In this document: positions 1-12,289 of the stretch, one piece after another
Layout: every line of letters starts with the position of its first letter
Numbering within the stretch: position 1 is the first letter of the stretch
Assembly (NCBI GenBank): GCA_002269645.1
Contig: NIVC01002157.1
Coordinates: 62,001 to 126,000 of the forward strand
Length of the DNA: 64,000 nt
Direction of reading: 5' to 3'
DNA from: Macrostomum lignano
Taxonomy: Eukaryota
The notes under the pieces: generated by a model
What the model was told of the DNA's origin: nothing
The model's database searches: none
What the model saw: only the letters and a program-made list of their open reading frames with translations
Translations under genes and position numbers: made by a program

Positions 1-189
1 TTTGAACTGCGATCGAGCAGAATGAGAGTTGGTCAACTGTTATTGTTATTATTGTGTAATTGCATATTTTCCCATTGCCTAAACGCCCCCCATCTCTTTT
101 GAATCCCGTTCGGTGCTCTGCTCTCTCTCCATCCAGCTTCTTCGCTCTTTAACATTGTTGTTTTCCTTTGTCAGATAGGGAATCTCCGG

Positions 190-885
190 GGTGAGATTTC
201 CGATCTAGTAAGTCTCCAGGGGTGAGATTTCCGATCTAGTAGGTCTTCGGGATGAGATTTCCGATCTAGTAAGTCTCTATGGGGAGATTTCCGATCTAGT
301 AAGTCTCCAGGGTGAGATTTCCGATCTAGTAAGTCTTCGGGATGAGATTTCCGATCTAGTAGGTCTTCGGGATGAGATTTCCGATCTAGTAAGTCTCTAT
401 GGGGAGATTTCCGATCTAGTAAGTCTCCAGGGTGAGATTTCCGATCTAGTAAGTCTTCGGGATGAGATTTCCGATCTAGTAAGTCTTCGGGATGAGATTC
501 CGATCTAGTAAGTCTCCTGGAGGGTGAGATTTCCGATCTAGTAGGTCTTCGGGATGAGATTTCCGATCTAGTAAGTCTCCAGGGTGAGATTTCCGATCTA
601 GTAAGTCTTCGGGATGAGATTTCCGATCTAGTAAGTCTTCGGGATGAGATTCCGATCTAGTAAGTCTCCTGGAGGGTGAGATTTCCGATCTAGTAGGTCT
701 TCGGGATGAGATTTCCGATCTAGTAAGTCTCTATGGGGAGATATCCGATCTAGTAAGTCTCTATGGGGAGATTTCCGATCTAGTAAGTCTCCTGGGGTGA
801 GATTTCCGATCTAGTAAGTCATCGGGATGAGATTTCCGATCTAGTAAGTCTCCTGGAGGGTGAGATTTTCAATTTTAAGATTTTC
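190..885. repeat. Minisatellite, ~30-33 bp unit (GAGATTTCCGATCTAGTAAGTCT + variable linker)
   Basis: About 22 tandem copies read directly from the sequence. Confidence 0.95.
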
Positions 886-1329
886 GAAGATATTCAGGGC
901 TGAGATTTCCTAGGAGTGAGATTTCCAATCTACCCAATAGGCAAAGCATTTCCACTGCAAAGTCACTGCGTTATGCCATGGCTTTATTTTGTTTAAATTT
1001 AACTACCATAATTAAGAAGCACGGCGCTTAATACTTCCCTGCTAATTATTACGCCCTGATTATGCTCCCACACGCACAAGCGCTTAGCATGACTATAAAT
1101 TGGCTGAATCATCTGCACTCTGAACTGCTTCTGCAGCTGTTTTAAGATCACTTTATTGCACTGTTGTTAGGCCTGCGAAAATGTCTTCATTATATTACTG
1201 AATACAGTAGACTGTAAAGCGTATAAAATGGCATCAAGAACTGTTTTTTCATTGTTTCGGTTTCTGGCGTTTTTGATTATAAAAACACCTGTTGAATTTT
1301 GCGTTGGTTCGTTTTTTCCTAGCTTTCTG

Positions 1330-1590
1330 AAAGGTCGGGGGTTCGATTCTCGACTCGCCCGGAACAATTTGTGTCCTTGACAAGACACTTAACTCTGCAT
1401 TGCTTCAGTTCACCCAGCTGTAAAATGGGTGCCAGCATTAGCTGGGGTAATTGAGGCTGTGTGTGGCGATCCCCCAGTCCTTGGACTGAACAGCCGTACG
1501 CAGCCTTCACATGCGCCGCGCAATACAATAAGGCAAATGACAGTAAGTCGGTACACAGTTTAGATACTATGCATACAAATACACTATTAT
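1330..1590 (+). mobile_element. tRNA-derived CORE-type SINE, 5'-truncated
   Basis: Pol III B-box GGTTCGATTC at 1340-1349, followed by TGTGTCCTTGACAAGACACTTAAC...CCCAGCTGTAAAATGGGT, which resembles the CORE/MIR-type central domain; AT-rich tail. Boundaries approximate. Confidence 0.55.
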
Positions 1591-2147
1591 TAATAATATG
1601 CATTTTTATATTTGAGTTGGTAACGATGAAGGGCAAACTGGGGGTGCAGGCTACACAGAAAGGAGCAGCTCACCTTGCTTGAAAAATGGCTCAGAGAGCG
1701 GTGCATCTCAGCGGCCGCAATCAACTTTGCTGAGAAAAAATACTAAGGGCTACAGCAGCTCCAGTTTTGTGAGCAGGCAATGGTTGGGTGTTGAGGCTTT
1801 TTAAGTATTTGGAAAAGCATTTGAGAATTGCTTCCAGCGCTGCTCGCAAAAGCATGTAAAAATTGACAGCAGTTTCATTTACGGACGCATGCGCTTGTCA
1901 AAGTGAATTGTGTTCGATTGATTACGTAATATATTACCATCTTTAAGCGGATTTTACAGTTCGTATGCAAGACAGTAATTAGGGTAGACAAAGAAGACAT
2001 GTACATGTAACAATTGCATTTCACGTGTGAGTAGTTGATGCCGATTGACAAGTTACTGCAAATATCGATTGATCAGATCCACGTTTAATGGGTCCTTTAC
2101 TAGCAGCATTTGCGGACAGTCTTGTCTCAATTCCTTCTTCCCGGCAT

Positions 2148-2455
2148 CCCGGGTCATTTGAGGTTAGTCTGTGATTTCTCCGGGTCATTTGAGGTCAGTC
2201 ACTGAATTCCCCGGGTCATTTGAGTTCAGTCACTGATTTCCCGGGTCATTTAAGGTCAGTCAGTGATTTCCCCGGGTCATTTGAGGTCAGTCAATGATTT
2301 CCCGGGTCATTTGAGGTCAGTCATTGATTTCCCGGGTCATTTAAGGTCAGTCAGTGATTTCCCAGGGTTATTTGAGGTCAGTCAATAATTTCCCCGGGTC
2401 ATTTGAGGTCAGTCACTGATTTCCCCGGGTCATTTGAGGTCAGTCACTGATTTCC
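2148..2455. repeat. Minisatellite, 30-31 bp unit CCCGGGTCATTTGAGGTCAGTCACTGATTT, 10 copies, just 3' of the pitx stop codon
   Basis: Direct reading; each unit contains GGGTCA-N4-AGGTCA or a close variant. Confidence 0.95.
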
Positions 2456-2561
2456 TTCCCTCGTTTCCACAACGCTGCCACACCAGCCGCTCCGCCCCAG
2501 TAATCGAGATCAAACAAGGTCAGAGAAAGGTCAGCGAAGGTCAGGAAGAGTTGCCAGCCAG

Positions 2562-3080
2562 TCACATGGCTCCGGGCGGAGCTCCGGTGTACTGGCTCAA
2601 CGCCGATGCACTGGATGGCGGCGGCTGCCTCAAGCCGGCGGCGGCGGCGGCAGCCGGATAGGCGAAGGCGGCGGCGGCCGCGTGCTGCTTGGCGGCGGCC
2701 CGCAGTCTCAGGCTGTTGGCCAGCGGCGAGGAGTCGCCAGCAGCCCCGGCGGCGGACGACGGACCCGCCGCAGCAGCAGCAGCAGACGGTGGCTGCGAGT
2801 ACAGCGGCGAATACGGCGACGGCCCGGCGTAGGGGCAGGCGGGCGCGGCAGCAGCGGCGGCGGGTCCGGCCGGGTGGCCAGCCGGCGTCCACGGGAAGCT
2901 CTTGGCCGTCGCCCAGCCGGTGGCTCCGTAGCCAGCCGCGGCGGCAGCGCCGTATGAGGAATAGAAGGAGTCCTCGAATGGCTGCATGAAGCTGCCGAAC
3001 TGGCCGGTGAAGGTGCCCTTCAGCGCCTCCAGGTGGCGCTCGCGCTTGCGCCATTTGGCGCGGCGGTTTTTGAACCAGAC
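2562..3080 (-). CDS. pitx: Pitx homeobox protein, exon 3 (homeodomain helix 3 VWFKNRRAKWRKRE, Ala-rich region, OAR-like motif, stop)
   Basis: AG acceptor at 3082-3081, phase 0; K50 homeodomain; LANSLRLRAAAKQH resembles OAR; TGA at 2564-2562. Confidence 0.95.
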   Translation of the reverse strand, partial: VWFKNRRAKWRKRERHLEALKGTFTGQFGSFMQPFEDSFYSSYGAAAAAGYGATGWATAKSFPWTPAGHPAGPAAAAAAPACPYAGPSPYSPLYSQPPSAAAAAAGPSSAAGAAGDSSPLANSLRLRAAAKQHAAAAAFAYPAAAAAAGLRQPPPSSASALSQYTGAPPGAM

Positions 3081-3124
3081 CTGAGCAGATGGGGCGGTTG
3101 CAGAATCGGTCACTTCATTGCTTG

Positions 3125-3410
3125 CCTGTCACTATCTGCCTGACTCTCACTCTATCTGCCTGACTGTCACTCTATCTACCTGTTTGTCACTCTATCTGCC
3201 TGACTGTCACTCTATTTACCTGACTGTCACTCTATCGACCTGTCTGTCACTCTATCTGCCTGTCTGTCACTCTATCTACCTGTTTGTCACTCTATCTGCC
3301 TGTCACTCTATCTGCCTGACTGTCACTCTATTTACCTGACTGTCACTCTATCGACCTGTTTGTCACTCTATCGACCTGTTTGTCACTCTATCTACCTGTC
3401 TGTCACTCCT
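3125..3410. repeat. Intronic degenerate minisatellite (TGTCACTCTATC-based)
   Basis: Tandem copies next to the pitx exon 3 acceptor. Confidence 0.9.
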
Positions 3411-4019
3411 ATACGTACTGTATTTCTTTCGGTTCTCTTCATCTTATCCATCCAGTTTATAAAAGATCGACAACTGAAAAGTGTGTGTGTGCGCGTGGGA
3501 ATGAGACAGACAACTCCATGCTAAATGGCATCTGAAATCTGTCTCTAATGACTAAACAAGCAGTGCCGGACATTTGAACGAAAACCGGCTGCCTAAGAGA
3601 GGGTGATAAGTCAAAATGCAGATTAGGCAGAACTGGCAATCCTCTGCTGAACATCTTGCGCGAGTCCCGCGGGCTGCTGCTCCCCAGACTCCCAGACTGC
3701 CGCCTCAGCTTCCAGTCCTCTTTCTCTTACCCTCCATCCCCCATCCCCTGACTTATGGTCAGTTCGGGGCGGGCAGCAATAAATCTTGCGATTTCCTGCT
3801 TGAGCGGGGAATTCTCGGAGTTTAGCAGGCAGACCCGTCTCAAAACTCCAGTTCGAGTTGGGGATGGGGGTCCCCCCGACCGCCCCCACCTCTACTGTGG
3901 CGTGAAAAATCGCCAAATCCTTGAGGGCAAGGACTTCTAAACTTAAATATCTGGAGAGGAAACTGACTATGCAAAGCTGAAACTAAATTACTAAATTCAA
4001 AACGCCTTAACCACTTTTA

Positions 4020-4410
4020 AGTTTAGTTCTTGTGAAGTTCAGTTCTTGTGAAGTTTAGTTCTTGTGAAGTTTAGTTCTTGTGAGTTTTAGTTCTTGTGAA
4101 GTTTAGTTCCTGTGAAGTTTAGTTCTTGTGAAGTTTAGTTCTTGTGAAGTTTAGTTCTTGTGAAGTTTAGTTCTTGTGAAGTTTAGTTCTTGTGAGTTTT
4201 AGTTCTTGTGAGTTTTAGTTCTTGTGAGTTTTAGTTCTTGTGAAGTTTAGTTCTTGTGAAGTTCAGTTCCTGTGAAGTTTAGTTCTTGTGAAGTTCAGGT
4301 CTTGTGAAGTTCAAGTCTTGTGAAGTTCAGTTCTTCGGAATTATAGTTCTTGTGAAGTTTATTTTTAGTGAATTTTAGTTCTTGTGAAGCTCAGTTCCTG
4401 TGAAGCTTAA
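4020..4410. repeat. Minisatellite, 16 bp unit AGTTTAGTTCTTGTGA
   Basis: Direct reading, pitx intron 2. Confidence 0.95.
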
Positions 4411-4682
4411 AGCTCAGTGCTTGTGATTGTTCAAGGATCTAGTTTCAAAACAGTCAGATGTTATTCGAGCTTTTCCACTCCAGATGTTGCTGTTAGAACT
4501 CCTTGGTCAGAGCGGAGCCCCCCCCCCTGGAGAGAGAGATTTATCTTGCAATCCACCACCCCAATTCCCCCCAAGTGGAAAAGCATTTCGTCTAAACATT
4601 CCAAGGATTTCTCATAGCCTGTTCAGGAGATTTCGCACCCGTTCATAATCGCTGATTTAACAGCTATGCATGTACAGGAATA

Positions 4683-4828
4683 GGATTATAATTACATAGC
4701 GCGTCTGGAACTTCGAACTTTGATCGATTAACAGTTCGAACCCAGCCACCCGGCAACGGATTAACTGCTGTGGCTTAAAGTGGCTCAGCTCTCGAAGAAT
4801 CAAACTAGATAGGATTAGAGCCTAATCC
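4683..4828. promoter_or_regulatory. Candidate intronic enhancer with four K50/bicoid-type sites (GGATTA/TAATCC)
   Basis: GGATTA at 4683, 4758 and 4812, TAATCC at 4823, in unique DNA between two minisatellites; function inferred. Confidence 0.4.
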
Positions 4829-5029
4829 AACTTATGGCGAGCTCGCTTATTTAATTCTACGATTTCTTGTGCAATATTCGAGATCCCTCCTCCCTGTCTT
4901 TGTTTTCTTTTTTTATAGATTCAATCACACTGACTTCTTGCTGGTTTGCTGGTGGCCTGACTGCTGTTAATTACTGCTAATAATAATTTGTCTCATGCTA
5001 TTTCAACTGAACTACATTCATTGAGAATC

Positions 5030-5845
<816 letters not shown>

Positions 5846-5864
5846 TTATTTGTTTACTCTTTGC

Positions 5865-6195
5865 TTTGGATACGAGATTGTTTGCCTTGGATACGGGATT
5901 GTTTGCCTTGGATACGGGATTGTTTACCTTGGATACGGGATTGTTTGCCTTGGATACTGGATTCTTGATCTTGGATACGGGGTTATTGACCTTGGATACG
6001 GGATTGTTTACCTTGGATACTGGATTCTTGACCTTGGTTACGGGATGGTTTGCCTTGGATACGGGATTCTTTGCCTTGGATACGAGATTGTTTGCCTTGG
6101 ATACGGGATTCTTTGCCTTGGATACGGGATTCTTGATCTTGGATACGGGATTCTTGACCTTGGATACGGGATTCTTGACCTTGGTTACGGGGTTC
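5865..6195. repeat. Minisatellite, 21 bp unit CCTTGGATACGGGATTGTTTG
   Basis: Direct reading; abuts the pitx exon 2 acceptor. Confidence 0.95.
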
Positions 6196-6754
6196 TTTAT
6201 ACTGAATAGAGATTTATTTGCCTTCGATACGAAAATAGATTTTGTTCATACCATAGTAACACACAACGTTAAAGAATAATTAATAATTAATAAAATTTGT
6301 CGTAGAGCCCCAGATTTCTGCTTCACCCGACACTGTCGGGAGCCTGATAATTCCACGACACGCGAGCCTGCTAGGAAATTCTTGCAAAGTTAAAATTCTG
6401 CGCAGCATTTTGTTTATTCACGAGCTTTAAGTTTCGAATATTTTTGATAGCTGGACCACTGATCAATCCGCCGTGCCCTGCTTTGAAGGCCAATTATCTT
6501 GCTAATTATATCTGTGTTTGCGCAGGTATTCGAGCCGGACTCATGCACACCTGCTGGGAGATTTTATCGCCGCGACTTACGGGTCTACGAGCTACATCTG
6601 ATTGGGAGGCCAAATTAGCGAAGTGATAGATTATTTTTCCTATATTGAACCACTTGATGCAGCACAGCGAATGCCTGTTCGACATTTGAGATTTCACTGG
6701 AATTAGCAATATTTCAAGCTTCGATTCAGCGACCCTTTAATTCGTTTTGGCGCC

Positions 6755-7010
6755 ACAGACTATCAACTTGGCGCCGCTAACAGTCAACTTGGCGCTGCTA
6801 ACAGTCAACTTGGCGTCGTTAACTATCAACTTGGCGCCGCTAACAGTCAACTTGGCGCCGCTAACAGTCAACTTGGCGCCGCTAACAGTCAACTTGGCGT
6901 CGTTAACTATCAACTTGGCGTCGTTAACTATCAACTTGGCGTCGTTAACTATCAACTTGGCGTCGTTAACTATCAACTTGGCGCCGCTAACTATCTACTT
7001 GGCGCCTTGA
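6755..7010. repeat. Minisatellite, 21 bp unit TCAACTTGGCGCCGCTAACAG
   Basis: Direct reading. Confidence 0.95.
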
Positions 7011-7769
7011 AATCCAGTTCGGAAGCACAGCTAGCAATCCTCCAATACTTCCTTCAGAAGATGCTGCCTGGAGTCAAAAGATTTATGCCCCATGCATACA
7101 CAAGCCGAATATTCGAAAGCCGAGACCAAAAGCAGCATGGAGCATTGGGGTGGCGCAGGTTGGCTGTTAAAAAAGCAGAAATTGTCAAGGATATGCGGAA
7201 CCGCGGGTCCAGAATCTCGGGCAACAGGCGAGGACAGGAGGCGGGAGATGGGGCTGAGTCGGGTTTGGAGTATATATTTGATGAAGAAGACCCATCTTGC
7301 AGCCTCCGAAACCCCAGTTTTTGGTCCGTGACTTTATTAATGCTTGGGCAGCGCCAGATTTTGCTTCCTTGTGCGAACAAGGGCAAAAATAGCGATCTGT
7401 GGAATAAATTTGCATGCCAAATTATTGCGAGAGTTCAACTATCACGGGTGTTGAATTCCGTGAAAAAAGAATTTATCACATCCTCACCCTGACTGATCGA
7501 TATTATAGCATTAGCACAAGAAGCAGTCAGTGGCAGCCAAGGTGCAGTGAATTCATGCCATTTTCATTGATATTTATAATAGCCAGACAGATGGGACCCA
7601 GGTCTTATTAGTTATTGGGAAGCGGCTACTCATGCCGACCCGACCAAAAGCTGGGACAAATGATAACTTTTGATGGCCACTCCTTTGGTTAGCGGGAGCT
7701 CGAATTTTTTTTCTTAGAAAATAAGATGAACAGACGATGCGGGGGGCCTCCATCGCTGAAGTTTTTGTT

Positions 7770-8068
7770 TCTTCTAGCGCCACTGTACAATGATCTTCTA
7801 GCGCCACTGTACAATGATCTTCTAGCGCCACTGTACAATGATCTTCTAGCGCCACTGTACAATGATCTTCTAGCGCCACTGTACAATGATCTTCTAGCGC
7901 CACTGTACAATGATCTTCTAGCGCCACTGTACAATGATCTTCTAGCGCCACTGTACAATGATCTTCTAGCGCCACTGTACAATGATCTTCTAGCGCCACT
8001 GTACAATGATCTTCTAGCGCCACTGTACAATGATCTTCTAGCGCCACTGTACAATGATCTTCTAGCGA
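7770..8068. repeat. Near-perfect minisatellite, 24 bp unit CTTCTAGCGCCACTGTACAATGAT, ~12 copies
   Basis: Direct reading; just inside pitx intron 1. Confidence 0.97.
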
Positions 8069-8134
8069 CTCTGCAGTGCCTTCTTTCCCCCACCGCGCGC
8101 TCAGGCCTCTCGCTGGACACCATCGCGGACTCAC

Positions 8135-8496
8135 CTGTCAGCTTAAAGTCACTCGACTTCTCCGACTTGATGCCGAGGGTCGCTGCGGCGACTGGTGGCG
8201 GCGGCGGCGGTGGCGGCGGCCCCCCGGCTGGCAGCATCATCTGCAGCTTCCGGCTGCCGCCTCCGATGCCGACGCTTCCGCAGTCGAGAGCGGAAGAAGT
8301 CGCCGCATCACGGCCGAAGACGCCGCTGTCGACAATGAAGAATGGCGTCGGCGGCTGATGCTGGTGCTGGTGCTGGTGCTGCAACTGCTGCTGCAGCTGG
8401 TGCTGGTGCTGCTGATGCTGGTGCAGCAGCTGCTGGTGCTGATGGTGCTGCTGCTGAAGCTGCTGCTGATGGTGCTGATGATGCAGCTGCTGTTGC

Positions 8497-8528
<32 letters not shown>

Positions 8529-8567
8529 CTGGAGGTCGTGCTGACCGCTGCCTAGCAGGCCGTTCAT
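8135..8567 (-). CDS. pitx: Pitx exon 1 (ATG, poly-Gln/His tract, poly-Pro)
   Basis: ATG at 8567-8565; donor ACAG|GTGAGT, phase 1, joins exon 2 in frame (G+AT=Asp); total CDS 1293 nt = 430 aa. A further upstream exon is not excluded. Confidence 0.8.
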
Positions 8568-9074
8568 CCCGAAGGGAAAAATGGGAAGATGGCCGGGCGG
8601 ATCCCTATTAGAAGAGAGTCTTGGCGCTCGATAGGCCCGAGACGATTAAGACAACGCGGCGGCGAGTCTCAGTTCTGATCCTCTCCAATCCCAGGGACAA
8701 ATGCGCCCCCCTGTGAGAGAGAGAATTAGCGCGGGAGAGAAAGCGAGAGAAAGGCTGGCGCTAGGTCGAAGGGATTTCTCCTCACTAAGGAGAAAAACCG
8801 CGGGATTTCAAGGGAGATTCGGGAGGATTTCAGCGCGAGAAACTGCTTAGACTTCGAATAAGAAAACCGGCGGAGAAGGCTGGCTAGGATGGGGATCGGA
8901 GGGAGATTTAGCGGTATTGGCGACGGCCGGCTAAGCCTATGGGATCACTCGCTCAAAAAGAGGATCAATGAAGAGGACCAGGGACCGTTATTGTTGCGCC
9001 ACTGCAAGTTTTTAATCCCGGGCGAGATTTTCCCAGGCTTAAGATGGACAATCGCAGGGGCCCCAACCCTCTGC

Positions 9075-9175
9075 CCGACCCCGCCCCCGCTCCCCGCCCA
9101 ATGGCTGCCCGCCCCGCCGTCTCCGCCTTGATTTGGGAAAAACCATGCGGAAACGACGAATCCCATTGGCTGGGA
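9075..9175. promoter_or_regulatory. Candidate pitx proximal promoter: GC boxes and CCAAT boxes
   Basis: Several CCGCCC motifs, CCAAT at 9098 and ATTGG at 9165, about 550 bp upstream of the ATG. Confidence 0.35.
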
Positions 9176-9354
9176 AGCCAGTCTTGCCAGCTTTTCATTG
9201 CTGGTCTCCAAAAACTGGTTGAAGATTTGCATTTGGAGTTATGGTTATAAGGGGTATAGGTTCAAAATTCAAAATTCAACTTCAAAACAGTCTGAGCAAC
9301 TACGAGTACAATGAGCATTTTATTTAGATGGGGAGCTCCAATTCCTAGTCTGAA

Positions 9355-9915
9355 TGAGGCGCCAATCTCATTCTCAAGTCTGACTAAAGCACCATTCCAA
9401 ATCTAACTGAGGCGCCATTTCCAAATCTAACTGAGGCGCCATTTCCAAATCTAACTGAGGCGCCATGTCCAAATCTAACTGAGGCGCCATTTCTGAGTTC
9501 AAATGAGGCGCCATTTCTGAATCTACCTGACTCAGTTCCAAATCTAAGTGAGGCGCTGCTACCTGACTCAGTTCCAAATCTAAGTGAGGCGCCATTTCTG
9601 AATCTACCTGACTCAGTTCCAAATCTAAGTGAGGCGCTGCTACCTGACTCAGTTCCAAATCTAAGTGAGGCGCCATTTCTGAATCTACCTGACTCAGTTC
9701 CAAATCTAAGTGGGGCGCCATTTCTGAATCTACCTGACTCAGTTCCAAATCTAAGTGAGGCGCCATTTTCAGCTATAACTGAGGCGCTATTTCTGAATCT
9801 AACTGAGGCGCCATTTCTGAATTTAAATGAGGCGCCATTTCTGAGTTCAAATGAGGCGCCATTTCTGAATCTAACTGAGGCGCCATTTCTGAATCTAAAT
9901 GAGGCGCCGTTTCTG
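9355..9915. repeat. Minisatellite built on a 21 bp TGAGGCGCCATTTC... unit with longer derived units
   Basis: Direct reading. Confidence 0.9.
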
Positions 9916-10544
9916 ACTATACTACGCCCATAGAACAAGCCGCTCCTGCAGTTGCAGCCTCGCAGACTGCTGTGGCGCCATGCAGCGCCAGCTGCCCCAG
10001 GCTCGGCGCCATCTCGGAGGCGCCACCCGCTGTGCGAAAATCGGCCAGGCCATGCGGCGGGGCCGCCCGCCGCCCTCTCTCCGCCTCTCAAATATTCTCC
10101 CTAACTTTTAACCCCGCTGACTTACGGAGGGCACTTAAGCCTTCATTGTAGCAGCGCCAACCCCCTCCCCCCTCATAAGAAAGCTTGACTACAGCTCACT
10201 CTAATGCCTCATCTGCATCCCGATCAGGCTCCTCTGTAGGTTATTAGCTTGTCCGGCAGTTCTAATAATGCATAATTGCAGGCTCCATCGCTTGTCAATG
10301 GCGCATCATGCACAGGAGGCCCCCGCTGAGTTAGTTATGCCTTTAAAAACCATCCTTGTTTTATTAGCAGCTACCGGTAGGTCTACCGGTAGTTCTAGTT
10401 TATTCCATATGTAATGCCTTTTTAACCAGTTCTGCCAACATTTGGGGAGGACAGAGACGCGTGGGTCATTTTTTAGAAGTGATTTTGCAAGTATCTGTCA
10501 TTGATGTCTGCCTTCTGTATAACTGAGGTTGGAATTCTTGTTGA

Positions 10545-11630
10545 ACCAACGGTTGAACCACCTGTTGGAATCCCTGTTGGATCACCTGTTGGAATCCCTG
10601 TTGGATCACCTGTTAGAATCCCTGTTGGATCACCTGTTAGAATCCCTGTTGGATCACTTTGTTCGAATCCCTGTTGGATCACCTGTTAGAATCCCTGTTG
10701 GATCACTTTGTTCGAATCCCTGTTGAACCCCCTGTTGGAATCCCTGTTGGATCACCTGTTGGAATCCCTGTTGGATCACCTGTTAGAATCCCTGTTGGAT
10801 CACCTGTTAGAATCCCTGTTGGATCACTTTGTTCGAATCCCTGTTGGATCACCTGTTAGAATCCCTGTTGGATCACTTTGTTCGAATCCCTGTTGGATCA
10901 CCTGTTAGAATCCCTGTTGGATCACTTTGTTCGAATCCCTGTTGAACCCCCTGTTGGAATCCCTGTTGGATCACCTGTTGGAATCCCTGTTGGATCACCT
11001 GTTAGAATCCCTGTTGGATCACCTGTTAGAATCCCTGTTGGATCACTTTGTTCGAATCCCTGTTGGATCACCTGTTAGAATCCCTGTTGGATCACCTTGT
11101 TCGAATCCCTGTTGGATCACCTGTTGGAATCCCTGTTGGATCACCTGTTAGAATCCCTGTTGGATCACCTGTTAGAATCCCTGTTAGATCACCTTGTTCG
11201 AATCCCTGTTGGATCACCTGTTAGAATCCCTGTTGGATCACCTGTTAGAATCCCTGTTGGATCACCTTGTTCGAATCCCTGTTGGATCACCTGTTAGAAT
11301 CCCTGTTGGATCACCTGTTAGAATCCCTGTTGGATCACCTTGTTCGAATCCCTGTTGGATCACCTGTTAGAATCCCTGTTGGATCACCTGTTAGAATCCC
11401 TGTTGGATCACCTTGTTCGAATCCCTGTTGGATCACCTGTAGAAATCCCTGTTGGATCACGAGGGAATCATGTAACCCATGAGACAACCTGTTGGAACCA
11501 TGACTGAAAACCCTGTTAGAACCCATGAGAAAACCCTGTTGGAACCCATGAGAAAACCTGTTGGAACCCATGAGAAAACCCTGCTGGAACCCATGAGAAA
11601 ACGCTGTTGGAACCCATGAGAAAATTCCCT
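10545..11630. repeat. Minisatellite, 24-25 bp unit (CCTGTTGGATCACCTGTTAGAATC) with ~219 bp higher-order duplication, grading into a GAACCCATGAGAAAACC repeat
   Basis: Direct reading; near-identical spurious ORFs recur 219 bp apart. Confidence 0.95.
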
Positions 11631-12289
11631 ATTGGAGAACCTTTAACATGAAAATGCTGTTTGAATCTAAATTACCAGCAATCGCCCCGAAAGCGGATGA
11701 CAATACACTTGTAAAAAATCAAAATTGAAATCTCGCCAGCACACTCGGACACTTGGTGCAGCAAAAAAATAAATACAGTGCAACGTACACGCGCCATGAT
11801 TCTAAAATCCCGAAGAAGGCCATTTCTGGAGCCGGGCGTCCACTTCAAATCCCCTTTCCGAATCCCAAGTCTGAAGTGGCACTCGAGACAGTCGAATTCT
11901 ATATAAACCAGCCAGCCAGCCAGTCAGCTGGCAAAAGAAGTCAGTTTCAAACAAGTCATGTTTGGTGCCAGTGGACAAGTGGCCGACAGGTTGTTGAATT
12001 TTGCAGCGGCAGTGGCGGAATTGATGGGGTGACAGCGTGTTTGGCCATCGTTATTGAGTTTTTTGTCTGCCGCGGTCACTCTGCCTGCTGATATACTGAC
12101 TCGCAATGCAAGCGCGTGGCTTTGACACGTGGATAAACTAACATATTATTACTGTCGCTTTATTATGACCTGCTGTAGCGTTGCAAAATATATTTTCTTG
12201 CAAAAATGCACACTCTGCAATGTGCGAGCAATTTGGAACCGGAAATCAAAGTTTTAAATGAGGCATAAAATTAGAGATGGAAACCCATG

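Noticed and set aside
1330-1365. tRNA gene (GGTTCGATTC T-loop); similarly 53311-53363
   Set aside because: No complete cloverleaf or acceptor stem; the B-box runs into SINE-like body sequence
2434-3054. Alternative-frame and antisense ORFs over pitx exon 3 (204, 127, 91 and 75 aa)
   Set aside because: Shadow ORFs of a GC-rich exon; only the VWFKNRR frame has homology and correct splice phase
7574-8611. ORFs reading through the 24 bp repeat, and poly-Leu/Ala antisense ORFs
   Set aside because: The coding frame leaves at the GTGAGT donor at 8134; the rest is intronic repeat or the antisense of the poly-Gln tract
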